Source of the DNA: Rectinemataceae bacterium
GTDB lineage: Bacteria; Spirochaetota; Spirochaetia; Treponematales; Rectinemataceae
Length of the DNA: 64,000 nucleotides
NCBI GenBank assembly: GCA_035560555.1
Contig: DATMZF010000029.1
Coordinates: forward strand, 4,764-68,763
Direction of reading: 5' to 3'
Shown here: one piece after another, positions 10,264-18,340 of the stretch
Position numbering within the stretch: the stretch's first letter is position 1
How the letters are laid out: the number at the start of each line of letters is the position of its first letter
Notes under the pieces: model-generated
Told to the model about the DNA's origin: nothing
What the model saw: the letters and a program-made list of their open reading frames with translations, nothing else
The model's database searches: none
Translations under genes and position numbers: made by a program

Positions 10264-11665
10264 ACAGAAACTTTCTCTGCGGACAAAACTCGGCTACGGC
10301 GTCTGCGACCTCGGCGGCAACCTCTTCTTCACCGTCGGCTCATTCATCGTCATGAAATACCTCACCGACGTCGTGGGCCTCAATCCCTGGCTCGCCGGGC
10401 TCTCCCTCTCCGTCGGTCGCGTGCTCGACGCTTTCTCCGATCCCATAGTCGGCAGCCTTTCGGATCGCACGCGCACCCGCTTCGGCAGACGCAGGCCTTA
10501 TATGTTCGTGGGCGCCATTCTGCTTTTCGCCACGATGGCCTTCTTTTTCCACAATCCTCGCCTGGAAGACCAAAACGCCCTGTTCGTATGGGCGGCCGTC
10601 GGCTACACTCTCCTCGCCGCTGTGGCCTACACCCTCGTCAACATTCCCTATTCCTCGCTAACGCCGGAGCTGACCCAGGACTACAACGAGCGCACATCGC
10701 TGAACGGCTACCGCTTCACCTTCGCCATCGTGGGAACCCTGCTCGGCGCCGGCGCCGCCCTCCCCCTCATTTCCGCGGTCTCGGGAGCGGTCATCGTCGA
10801 CAACAAGTGGGTGGGCGATCCAAGCAGGGGCTACGAGATCATGGGCATCGTCTTCGGAGCGGCCATGGCCATCACCGCCCTGATAACGGTCTTTTCGGTG
10901 AAGGAAAACGGCGCGCGCGTCGAGCGCCCTAAGGCCGGCTTCAAAAACATCGTCGCCGGATACCTCTCCACCTTCACCAACAAGCCCTTCCTCCTGATCC
11001 TCATTCCCTGGACCCTCAACATCGCGGGCGTAACGATCCTCTCCACCGTGCTCCAGTACTATTTCACCAACGTCCTCAACCAGCCCGACAAAGTCACCCT
11101 GGCCATGCTTATCCTTCTCGTCGTCGCCATCGCGTTCATACCCATCTGGACGGCGATTTCGAAGCGTATCGGGAAGAAGTGGAGCTTCGTCGCCGGAATG
11201 CTGGAATTGGCCCTCTGCATCATGCTCATCTTCATCGCCGGCCCGGCGGCCTCGATCGGGACGTTATACGCGCTCATCGCGTTTTGCGGCATAGGATTCT
11301 CTACAGGTTATGCGCTTCCATGGTCCATCATCCCCGACGCGATCGACTACGACTTCCTCAAGACCGGGGAAAACCGCGAAGGCGTATATTACGGGATATG
11401 GACTTTCTGCTCAAAGCTCGGTCAGGCCCTCTCCGCGCTCATCATCGGCGCCCTGTTGAGCCTCACCAAGTATGACGGGACGATCGCCCTGCAGAATTCC
11501 GGCACGCAGCTGGTGATCAGGTTTCTCTTCGGCCCCATAGCGGCCATCTTCTACATAGCCGCGGCGATCGTCCTGATTTTCTATCCGATCACCGCGGAAA
11601 AACACACCGAGATACGCAGGCAGATAGCGGAAAGGGAAGCGGCGAAAGCCTCCCCCAACGCCTGA
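10256..11665 (+). CDS. MFS transporter, glycoside-pentoside-hexuronide (GPH) / MFSD2A-like family
   Basis: About 12 hydrophobic segments. The GPH signature loop is strong: GRVLDAFSDPIVGSLSDRTRTRFGRRRPYM. Confidence 0.8.
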   Translation: MAEQKLSLRTKLGYGVCDLGGNLFFTVGSFIVMKYLTDVVGLNPWLAGLSLSVGRVLDAFSDPIVGSLSDRTRTRFGRRRPYMFVGAILLFATMAFFFHNPRLEDQNALFVWAAVGYTLLAAVAYTLVNIPYSSLTPELTQDYNERTSLNGYRFTFAIVGTLLGAGAALPLISAVSGAVIVDNKWVGDPSRGYEIMGIVFGAAMAITALITVFSVKENGARVERPKAGFKNIVAGYLSTFTNKPFLLILIPWTLNIAGVTILSTVLQYYFTNVLNQPDKVTLAMLILLVVAIAFIPIWTAISKRIGKKWSFVAGMLELALCIMLIFIAGPAASIGTLYALIAFCGIGFSTGYALPWSIIPDAIDYDFLKTGENREGVYYGIWTFCSKLGQALSALIIGALLSLTKYDGTIALQNSGTQLVIRFLFGPIAAIFYIAAAIVLIFYPITAEKHTEIRRQIAEREAAKASPNA

Positions 11666-11676
11666 GTCCCGCTCCT

Positions 11677-11716
11677 GGCGCGCGAACTCAAGTTCGCGGA
11701 TTCAGGTTCGCGCGCC
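11677..11716. terminator. Stem-loop between convergent genes (candidate bidirectional terminator)
   Basis: GGCGCGCGAAC (11677-11687) pairs perfectly (11 bp) with GTTCGCGCGCC (11706-11716). An alternative inner hairpin is CGCGAAC-tcaa-GTTCGCG. There is no clear T-run. Confidence 0.4.
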
Positions 11717-11761
11717 CTCGGGCTGGCCCGTCGAAGCCCCAGTCACATGCTGGGGCCTCTG

Positions 11762-13054
11762 TCATCTATAGGTTTCCGCATCCTTGAAATTCCGCCACCT
11801 GCCGCCTGAGAGACGATGGTTTTCCTCGGTGGCCAGCAGCCACTTGGCGGTGGATTCGCGCTCGGGTATGAATTCGAAGTACTCGTCCTTGTAATACGTC
11901 GAGAAAAAGGTGACGTCGGTGCACATGCCATAGGTCGGTAGCAGGGCGGGCGGCATATGTATCTCAAAATGCCCGCCATTCCTCGTGCCGGCGTAATGCA
12001 AACCCTGCCTGTCGAGCCGCAGTTGACCCGCGCCGACGACTTCCGAGGTCTTCTTGTCCTTCAGGAACTCCTCGCCGGGCAGAACGCCCAGTTTCATGTT
12101 TTCCCGAAGCTCGTAGCCTTCCTTCAGCAGTTCCCCGTACTCCTTCTTCCGCTCCATGTCGAACCAGGCTTTCGGGGATTCGGGAATCACGCAGGTATCG
12201 TCCAGCGGAATCAGATCGTAATAATCATTCACCCTGGCGCCGTTGCCGCAGGCGCGGCACTTGATGACATCGCCAGAGCCCCTCATCGCGAACTCGGCGC
12301 CGCACTTTGGGCACCAGTACAGAAGATGATGCATGTTGTGTGCCATCCGGCCCTTGCCGTCGAACTTCACCCTCGCGGCCTTGTTCCAGGCGTAATCGTC
12401 GTTTCGTATGGCGGCGTGAAGCCTATCCTCCACTTCTTCTTCGGTCATTTTCGCGAGCTCATCGGGCGCGAAGAGTTTGTCGATGACGACCTCGACCTTG
12501 CCATGACGTTCATCCAGGCAATACTTGGTGTTCGTGAGGTAGCCGCCCGAAATTTTCGTCACGAGGACGGGCACGCCGAAATGTTTCAGCATTTTGCCCG
12601 AGCCGATGGCGCAGGGCTGGTTGCCACCGCCTATCGAGCTCATCCCTTCCGGAAAAATGATGACCTTGCCGCCCCTGTCGATTATCCTGTGCATTTCCTT
12701 GATCGTATAGATGTCGGGCGTGAAATTCTTCTTGGGAATTATCTGCAGCATCCTGAAGATGAAGGCCAGATGAGATCTGAAGAATTCGTTGTAGCCCGCT
12801 ACATAGTTCAGCCTATAGGGCAGGAAAGCGCATCCGGTATAAATATAGTCGAGGCGTGACGCGTGGCCGCTCACGACGATGTAGGGACCCTTTCTGTAGT
12901 CCTTTAGGTCGATTTTATAGTCGTAGCGAACGTTGAGCTTTTTCTCGAACAGCAGCTTCCAGATATACCCAAGCGCTAAATAAGGGACAAGCGGCGGCCT
13001 TCCGATCTTTCTCGCCCTCAATTTTTCCTGCAAACTCGGCTTTTTCCCGTCCAT
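11762..13054 (-). CDS. PlsC-like acyltransferase with an internal zinc ribbon and a C-terminal domain of unknown function
   Basis: HX4D block (SGHASRLD) and PEG block (IIFPEGMS) are present. The CxxC...CxxC ribbon is YWCPKCGAEFAMRGSGDVIKCRACGN. The start is probably the ATG at 13054 (MDGKKPSLQ) rather than the track start at 13180. This gene is a paralog of 34150..35436. Confidence 0.7.
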   Translation of the reverse strand: MDGKKPSLQEKLRARKIGRPPLVPYLALGYIWKLLFEKKLNVRYDYKIDLKDYRKGPYIVVSGHASRLDYIYTGCAFLPYRLNYVAGYNEFFRSHLAFIFRMLQIIPKKNFTPDIYTIKEMHRIIDRGGKVIIFPEGMSSIGGGNQPCAIGSGKMLKHFGVPVLVTKISGGYLTNTKYCLDERHGKVEVVIDKLFAPDELAKMTEEEVEDRLHAAIRNDDYAWNKAARVKFDGKGRMAHNMHHLLYWCPKCGAEFAMRGSGDVIKCRACGNGARVNDYYDLIPLDDTCVIPESPKAWFDMERKKEYGELLKEGYELRENMKLGVLPGEEFLKDKKTSEVVGAGQLRLDRQGLHYAGTRNGGHFEIHMPPALLPTYGMCTDVTFFSTYYKDEYFEFIPERESTAKWLLATEENHRLSGGRWRNFKDAETYR

Positions 13055-13348
13055 GGTTCCCATTCCGCGCATCCTGTGGCCTGTAGCCCAACGAAAGGGT
13101 CCAAGCCCATTGTTCAATATGAAATTTTTTGCCAGTGTTATATTTGCCGCGGTTCGGGCTCCTGTCAAGGAAAAAATCAAAAATGAAGTCTACGGGAACC
13201 TCACCATATCGATAATTCGATTCCTTTGAGCTCGCCGAATGAGTCAGTGAACTCAGGGGATTTCATGAACTCTTTCTGGAAATAGCGAAGCAGGTATTCC
13301 TCGGCTTTTTTATATGCCTGGAACTCGATCGGGATTCGTCGATCGACC

Positions 13349-13861
13349 TCAGAGAAAGCCCTCGACGCACGAGTCCCTTTCCCTGGCCGGTGCTTGCCTG
13401 GAAGCTAGGGTCTGGAACGATGCCGCGTCCGTCTGCTTCGCGCCCCACAGCGTCACCATGCTCATCGTTTCGTCGTAATTGGTCGCCCAGAGGATGGTCA
13501 GGTTCTTGGGGTCGTAATACATTCCATAGCGCTGGGGTTCCAGGTAGCGATCCTTGAACTTCACGATCTCGTGAAAGCCGCCCTTGGGGTTCAGGACGCA
13601 TACGGAAGAAGAGCTCCTGCCAAGCCTATAGACCAAAGCGAAGGCAAAGTCTTCGCAGTCGCCGCCGCCTCTGGCCTCGAACTCCATCGGGCTAGCCCAG
13701 TACTCGACATCCTCATTGATGTATTTATGCGAAGCCACATCCTTCCACGCGTCGCGGAGGTTTTCCTCGATATATGTATAGCCTTTTGTATTGATCGCGA
13801 AGGGAGAACAGCCGGCGAAAAACGCCCCAATGACCATCGCTGGAACTATCGCTTTTTTCAT
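13349..13861 (-). CDS. Lipoprotein with a transglutaminase-like cysteine-peptidase (BTLCP-like) core
   Basis: Lipobox signal MKKAIVPAMVIGAFFAGC. The GGGDCEDFAFALVY motif resembles the GDCEDYA catalytic-Cys motif of PF06035-type proteins. A His (GGFHEIV) and an acidic residue (YLEPQ) follow it. Confidence 0.5.
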   Translation of the reverse strand: MKKAIVPAMVIGAFFAGCSPFAINTKGYTYIEENLRDAWKDVASHKYINEDVEYWASPMEFEARGGGDCEDFAFALVYRLGRSSSSVCVLNPKGGFHEIVKFKDRYLEPQRYGMYYDPKNLTILWATNYDETMSMVTLWGAKQTDAASFQTLASRQAPARERDSCVEGFL

Positions 13862-14007
13862 GATCCGCTCCCGGCGGTTTTGCCCGCAAGAACCAATGCG
13901 CGACAGAGAGGCGTGACAATGATCTTGTAATACACAGGTCGGGGTTTGTCAAACTATTTCTTGAAGATTTATTCAGCAGGCGGACGAATGCGAATTCGAG
14001 GCAATAT

Positions 14008-15060
14008 TCAGGCGCGGATAGCCCACCGAAGCTTCGCCGAGGTCGAGCGGGGGTTGTTGTAGCGCTCTTCGTGGCCGGGCCGGACCACGTTCATGGATAT
14101 AGAAGAAAAAAGGCCACTTGCCAGGCCGGCCTCGAAAGCGCTTTCGACGCGTCGGTCTTCGCCCGAATGAAAGGACAGGAAGGCGGCGCGGCCGCCCGGC
14201 TTCAGGATGGAAGGAAGACTGGCGAGAAGCGCTTCGAGGGAGGAAAACTCGCCGTTCACCTCGATGCGGATGGCCTGGAAGCAGCGGCGCAGGGTTTTCG
14301 TCATCTCGGGATCTTTGAAGGCGAGCCCGGGGAAGACCGAGCAGATCGCTTCGGCCAGATCGCGCGTCGTGGCGAGGTTCCCGCGACGGAGCCGGATGGC
14401 GCGGGCGATTTCGGCCGCCATCGCCTCGTCGGCATTGGCCAAAAGGATATCGCGCAACCGCTCTTCCGACGTCTCGGCGAGAAATTCCCTGGCAGACTGG
14501 CCTTTTTCCGTATTCATGCGCATGTCGAGCGGCCCATTTTGCTTATAGCTGAATCCCCGCTCGGGATTGTCGATCTGCATCGAAGAGAGGCCGAGGTCGG
14601 CGAGGAAAACATCGGCTCCCGCCACGCCGGAGGCGGCGAAATACTCCGCTATCGTCGAAAAATTAGCGTTCACCGGCACGAAGGTACCCTTCGGCGATTC
14701 AGGCGGAATCACCGATGCCGAAAGCCTTTCCGTCGTCCGCCTCAGTTCCCGCGGATCGCGGTCGAAGCCGTAGAGTCGGCCCCCGGGGAGAATCGCTTTC
14801 AGGATTTCCTTGGCATGGCCGCCGTAGCCTAGGGTCGCGTCGACCGCCGTATCGCCCTGGCGCGGCGCGAGCGCTTCGAGTATTTCCTTGACCATTATGG
14901 AGCGGTGGGTGCCAGCGGGCGTGTCGCCCCGCGCGAGGACGCGTTCGAGGTCCTTGGCGTATTTCTGCGGATCGTGTTCCTTGTATTTCTCGGAGAATGA
15001 GCGGGGATGATTCCCCCGGTACCGCTTGCGGCGAACATGCCGCCCTTCTTCCTCGCTCAT
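14008..15060 (-). CDS. rsmH: 16S rRNA (cytosine1402-N4)-methyltransferase RsmH with an N-terminal basic extension
   Basis: Motifs VDATLGYGGHA, DLGLSSMQID, GPLDMRM, FQAIRIEVNGE, SFHSGEDR and NPRSTSAKLR match RsmH/MraW throughout. The start at ATG 15060 (GGAG 5 nt upstream) is preferred over the track start at 15129. Confidence 0.85.
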   Translation of the reverse strand: MSEEEGRHVRRKRYRGNHPRSFSEKYKEHDPQKYAKDLERVLARGDTPAGTHRSIMVKEILEALAPRQGDTAVDATLGYGGHAKEILKAILPGGRLYGFDRDPRELRRTTERLSASVIPPESPKGTFVPVNANFSTIAEYFAASGVAGADVFLADLGLSSMQIDNPERGFSYKQNGPLDMRMNTEKGQSAREFLAETSEERLRDILLANADEAMAAEIARAIRLRRGNLATTRDLAEAICSVFPGLAFKDPEMTKTLRRCFQAIRIEVNGEFSSLEALLASLPSILKPGGRAAFLSFHSGEDRRVESAFEAGLASGLFSSISMNVVRPGHEERYNNPRSTSAKLRWAIRA

Positions 15061-15191
15061 GCTGGCTCCATGCCATAAAGTGTAATGCGGATCGATGGAC
15101 CTTGTCGATGAATCCCCCGCCTGGGGCAAAAGAAAGGGGCTGTCCGGAAATTTCCGGGCAGCCCCTCGTCATTTTTTATTATAGCTCGGCG

Positions 15192-16271
15192 TTAAGGCTG
15201 GGTCACGGCGTTGGCATCCAGGGTAACCTGGGTTTGGGCGAGCGCCCTGCCTTTCAGCGCCGCGCCTGTCCGCATCACTATCTGCGTTTGGCAGAGGATG
15301 ATTCCCTTGAAGTTCGAAGTGGTCCCGAGCGATACCTGGCCTGCTACCTGCCAGAATATGTGCTCAGGTACGGCGCCGCCGCTCAAGGTTATCATGACGC
15401 CGTTGCTCACGGTCAGATCCTCCGACACCTGGAAAATCCAGATATCGTCGGCGCTGCCCGAAATGGTGACATCGGAAGCCATCAGGAGTCCCGTTCCCCA
15501 CTTATAGAGACCGGGGACGAGGGTGAGTCCGCTCACGTCGCCGGCGCCCAAGTTGAGGAAGTCGGGCGTCACGCGTCCGGCGGCGTCGGTGTACGCGATT
15601 TCCATGTCGCCTATGGCTGTCGTCATCGTAGTAGGAGTGGGAGGAGCCATGTCGGCGGCGTACAGCCTGCCAGTCACGAGACTTGAGCTCGCGAACTCGT
15701 TCGTGGCGTCCATCGTTTCGGAAAAGCCGGTCAGGAAGCTGGTTGCCGCCGGGCTTAGTCCGATGTTACCCGTGACCGCGGTGGTTCCCGTGGTCGAGAC
15801 AGCGGATTTGGCCAGAACGACGAAATTTCCCGCCGTGCCAAGGTTGACGATGGCCGGACTGGAAGAAACGCTGGTACCCGTGGTGAAGCTCCAGGTATAG
15901 GCGCTTTCCATCGCGTTGGCATACACATCCTGCGCTCCGGTGCTGATGATGGCTGTGTAGAGCGTATTGCCGGCCAGGGTGCCTGTGGGACTAAAAACGG
16001 CCGTGACGCCGTCATTCATCGCCACTACGCCGGTTACGGCCGTCGCGGGACCGGTCACCGTAAAGGTGGTGGTATTTATTGTCGCGGGGGCCATTTCCTT
16101 GCTGAAGGTGACGGAAATGTTGCCGTTGAGAGGCATGCCGTTCTCGCCGGTGGACGGGGCCGTGGAACTCACGGTCGGCGGGGTCAGATTGTCGGCCAGG
16201 GGCGCGGCGCATCCCACGATGAAGCCGGCGAGGAGGACTGTCATGCAACAGGCTTTTATGAATTTTTTCAT
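15192..16271 (-). CDS. Lipoprotein with a bacterial Ig-like domain plus an ice-binding-like (DUF3494) beta-solenoid domain
   Basis: Start at ATG 16271 (MKKFIKACCMTVLLAGFIVGC lipobox). The Ig-like segment is PTVSSTAPSTGENGMPLNGNISVTFSKEM...YTWSFTT. DUF3494 hallmarks are LGTAGNFVVLAKSAVSTTGTTAVTGNIGLSP, AYTDAAGR, LTLVPGLYKW, IFWQV and GRALAQTQVTLDANAVT. Confidence 0.82.
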   Translation of the reverse strand: MKKFIKACCMTVLLAGFIVGCAAPLADNLTPPTVSSTAPSTGENGMPLNGNISVTFSKEMAPATINTTTFTVTGPATAVTGVVAMNDGVTAVFSPTGTLAGNTLYTAIISTGAQDVYANAMESAYTWSFTTGTSVSSSPAIVNLGTAGNFVVLAKSAVSTTGTTAVTGNIGLSPAATSFLTGFSETMDATNEFASSSLVTGRLYAADMAPPTPTTMTTAIGDMEIAYTDAAGRVTPDFLNLGAGDVSGLTLVPGLYKWGTGLLMASDVTISGSADDIWIFQVSEDLTVSNGVMITLSGGAVPEHIFWQVAGQVSLGTTSNFKGIILCQTQIVMRTGAALKGRALAQTQVTLDANAVTQP

Positions 16272-16376
16272 TGATTCTTTCCTTGATAGAGAGGCTTTGC
16301 GGTGATGTAACTGTATATGCCCATAGGTACTATGAGGTAAGCTCAATGCACTGAGCTGGAATCTACGCGGTAGGTA

Positions 16377-16823
16377 TCAGATGGCTTCGGCTCGTATTTC
16401 CTCGAGCCAGTCCACCAGCGCGAGCTGCTGGCCCGGCGTCAGTTTGTTGAGCTTCCCAATGAGCGTTTCGCGATCCACGTTGTGCTGCAGAAAGGTGCTG
16501 TCCGTTTCGTTGATGGCCTCGTCGAGGACGGCGCCGAGTATGCCCTCGGCCGGATCGAAGGTCTTATAAAAGGTCTTTTTCAGCATGACGTTGAATTCGT
16601 CGCGGGTAAAAACATCGCGGATCGTACGCCGTTCTATTCTCATGAACATATCGTAGCGGCCCATGATGCGCGTGATCGTGGCGCTCTGCCCTTCATTCTT
16701 GCCGCTCATGTCGTTCTTTCTCCGCAGGTATTTCGAAAGAAGCGCGCCGAGCCTTTCGTTGATGTATATCGTGGAGCGCTTCGTTTCGCGTTCGCGCTCC
16801 GATAAGCCTATTTTCTTTGTCAT
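16377..16823 (-). CDS. Hypothetical protein (no recognised family)
   Basis: The ORF has coding-like composition. The start is probably MTKKIG at 16823 (track start 16844). An AT-rich stretch at 16845-16967 precedes it. I recognised no motifs. Confidence 0.45.
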   Translation of the reverse strand: MTKKIGLSERERETKRSTIYINERLGALLSKYLRRKNDMSGKNEGQSATITRIMGRYDMFMRIERRTIRDVFTRDEFNVMLKKTFYKTFDPAEGILGAVLDEAINETDSTFLQHNVDRETLIGKLNKLTPGQQLALVDWLEEIRAEAI

Positions 16824-16967
16824 AGCTGTATAAAGAATATACAACTATATAGTCATACATTCAAGAGATATAAGTATTTTATTTTGAGATCGTGTTTTAC
16901 CAAAGTATTATTGATTCGTGTTCAGTCAGATCCGGAATCCGCGCGGCTATGGCAGGCTCCGGCAAGC

Positions 16968-18257
16968 TCACTCATCCAGCATGATTCGGATTATCTCGAT
17001 ATCGGTGGAGCGCATTCCCGTCTTCCCTACGCTTCCGATATTGCGGATGGTCTTTTCGACATCGTCGCCGACGAGTCCCTCGCCCGAGGAGAAGCTCTTC
17101 CCCTGCAGGCTCATCTCGTGAGCGGTGATGGCCGCTTCCAGAGCCGTGGCTATCTTCGCCGCGCAGGAGGACTTCGCGCCGTCGCAGAACATTCCACCCG
17201 CCGTGGCGATGGCATTCGTTATGGTCATGGCGATTTTATCGTATCCGCCGCCGCAGAGGTAGGTTATGCCGGCGCCGCTGCCCACCGCCGCCGACACAGC
17301 GCCGCAGTAGGCCGAGAGTTTGCCTATGTATTCTTTCTGCTCGAGCGAGACAAGGTTCGATACGATGAGGGCGCGCAGCAGCGTTTCATGATCGGATTTC
17401 AGCTCGTTGGCGTACTCTATGACGGGAACCGAAACGGTGATGCCCTGGTTTCCGCTGCCGGAATTGATGACGACGGGAAGGGCGCAGCCGCCCATCCGCG
17501 CGTCGCTGCCCGCCGCGGCCCTGGCCCGCGCGCGCGACCTGACATTGCCGCCTTCCCTGGCGGTGATGGTCTTGCCCACGGAAACGCCGTAGTCGTTGGT
17601 CATTCCCTCGTCCGAAATAGCCCCATTCATCCGTATCTGCCCCTCGAGGAGGCTGGATACCTCTAAGAGGTCGACGGTATCGGCAAATTCCAGGATATCC
17701 CGGACGTTCAGGAGATCGTAGCCGGGACGCGCGGCGACTACATCATCGCCCTCTTTCTTCCCCTCGGCCTCAAAAACCGTGACGCCATTCTTCCGTATGC
17801 GCGCAACGCCAGTATGGCTGTCCCTGATGACGACTTCCGCGCTCTGGCCGCCCGCGCGCGTGATCGCCTCGATATAGAGGCCTTCAAGACCTTCGGCGAG
17901 CGTGGCCTTGCAGAATCCGGCCGCCAGCAGCCTTTTCACCTCGACTAAATCTTCGTTCGTGACCGATTTGAGCACTTCGAGCTTGGCCTGCGCGTTTCCG
18001 CCCACTATTCCCGCCGTCGCCGCCGCCCTGATGCCGCGCATGCCTCCGGTATTCGGAACCGTGACGCCTTTGACATTCTTGACGATATTGGCGCTGCAGC
18101 GTATCTCGGCGCTCTCGGGACGCAGGCCGAGAATATCCCGCGCGGTCGCGGCCGCGAAGGCCACGGCGATAGGTTCGGTACAGCCCATCGCGGGCACGAG
18201 TTCCTCGCGCAGGATCGCGAGATAGGCATCGTAAAAAAGCGGGCGGGTTTCGGTCAT
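16968..18257 (-). CDS. L-cysteine desulfidase family protein (UPF0597 / YhaM-CyuA-like, serine dehydratase alpha-like)
   Basis: About 430 aa. The N-terminal LREELVPAMGCTEPIAVAFAAA motif is characteristic of the family, as are the Gly-rich segments (NSGSGNQG, CGAVSAAVGSGAG) and CDGAKSSCA. Confidence 0.75.
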   Translation of the reverse strand: MTETRPLFYDAYLAILREELVPAMGCTEPIAVAFAAATARDILGLRPESAEIRCSANIVKNVKGVTVPNTGGMRGIRAAATAGIVGGNAQAKLEVLKSVTNEDLVEVKRLLAAGFCKATLAEGLEGLYIEAITRAGGQSAEVVIRDSHTGVARIRKNGVTVFEAEGKKEGDDVVAARPGYDLLNVRDILEFADTVDLLEVSSLLEGQIRMNGAISDEGMTNDYGVSVGKTITAREGGNVRSRARARAAAGSDARMGGCALPVVINSGSGNQGITVSVPVIEYANELKSDHETLLRALIVSNLVSLEQKEYIGKLSAYCGAVSAAVGSGAGITYLCGGGYDKIAMTITNAIATAGGMFCDGAKSSCAAKIATALEAAITAHEMSLQGKSFSSGEGLVGDDVEKTIRNIGSVGKTGMRSTDIEIIRIMLDE

Positions 18258-18340
18258 TCGTGGATTCCTTTTTAGTCGTTTTCGGAAAAAACCCGGGCGT
18301 CACGGGAGACGTTCCCACGGCGGCCCGGGCAGCGGTTAAA

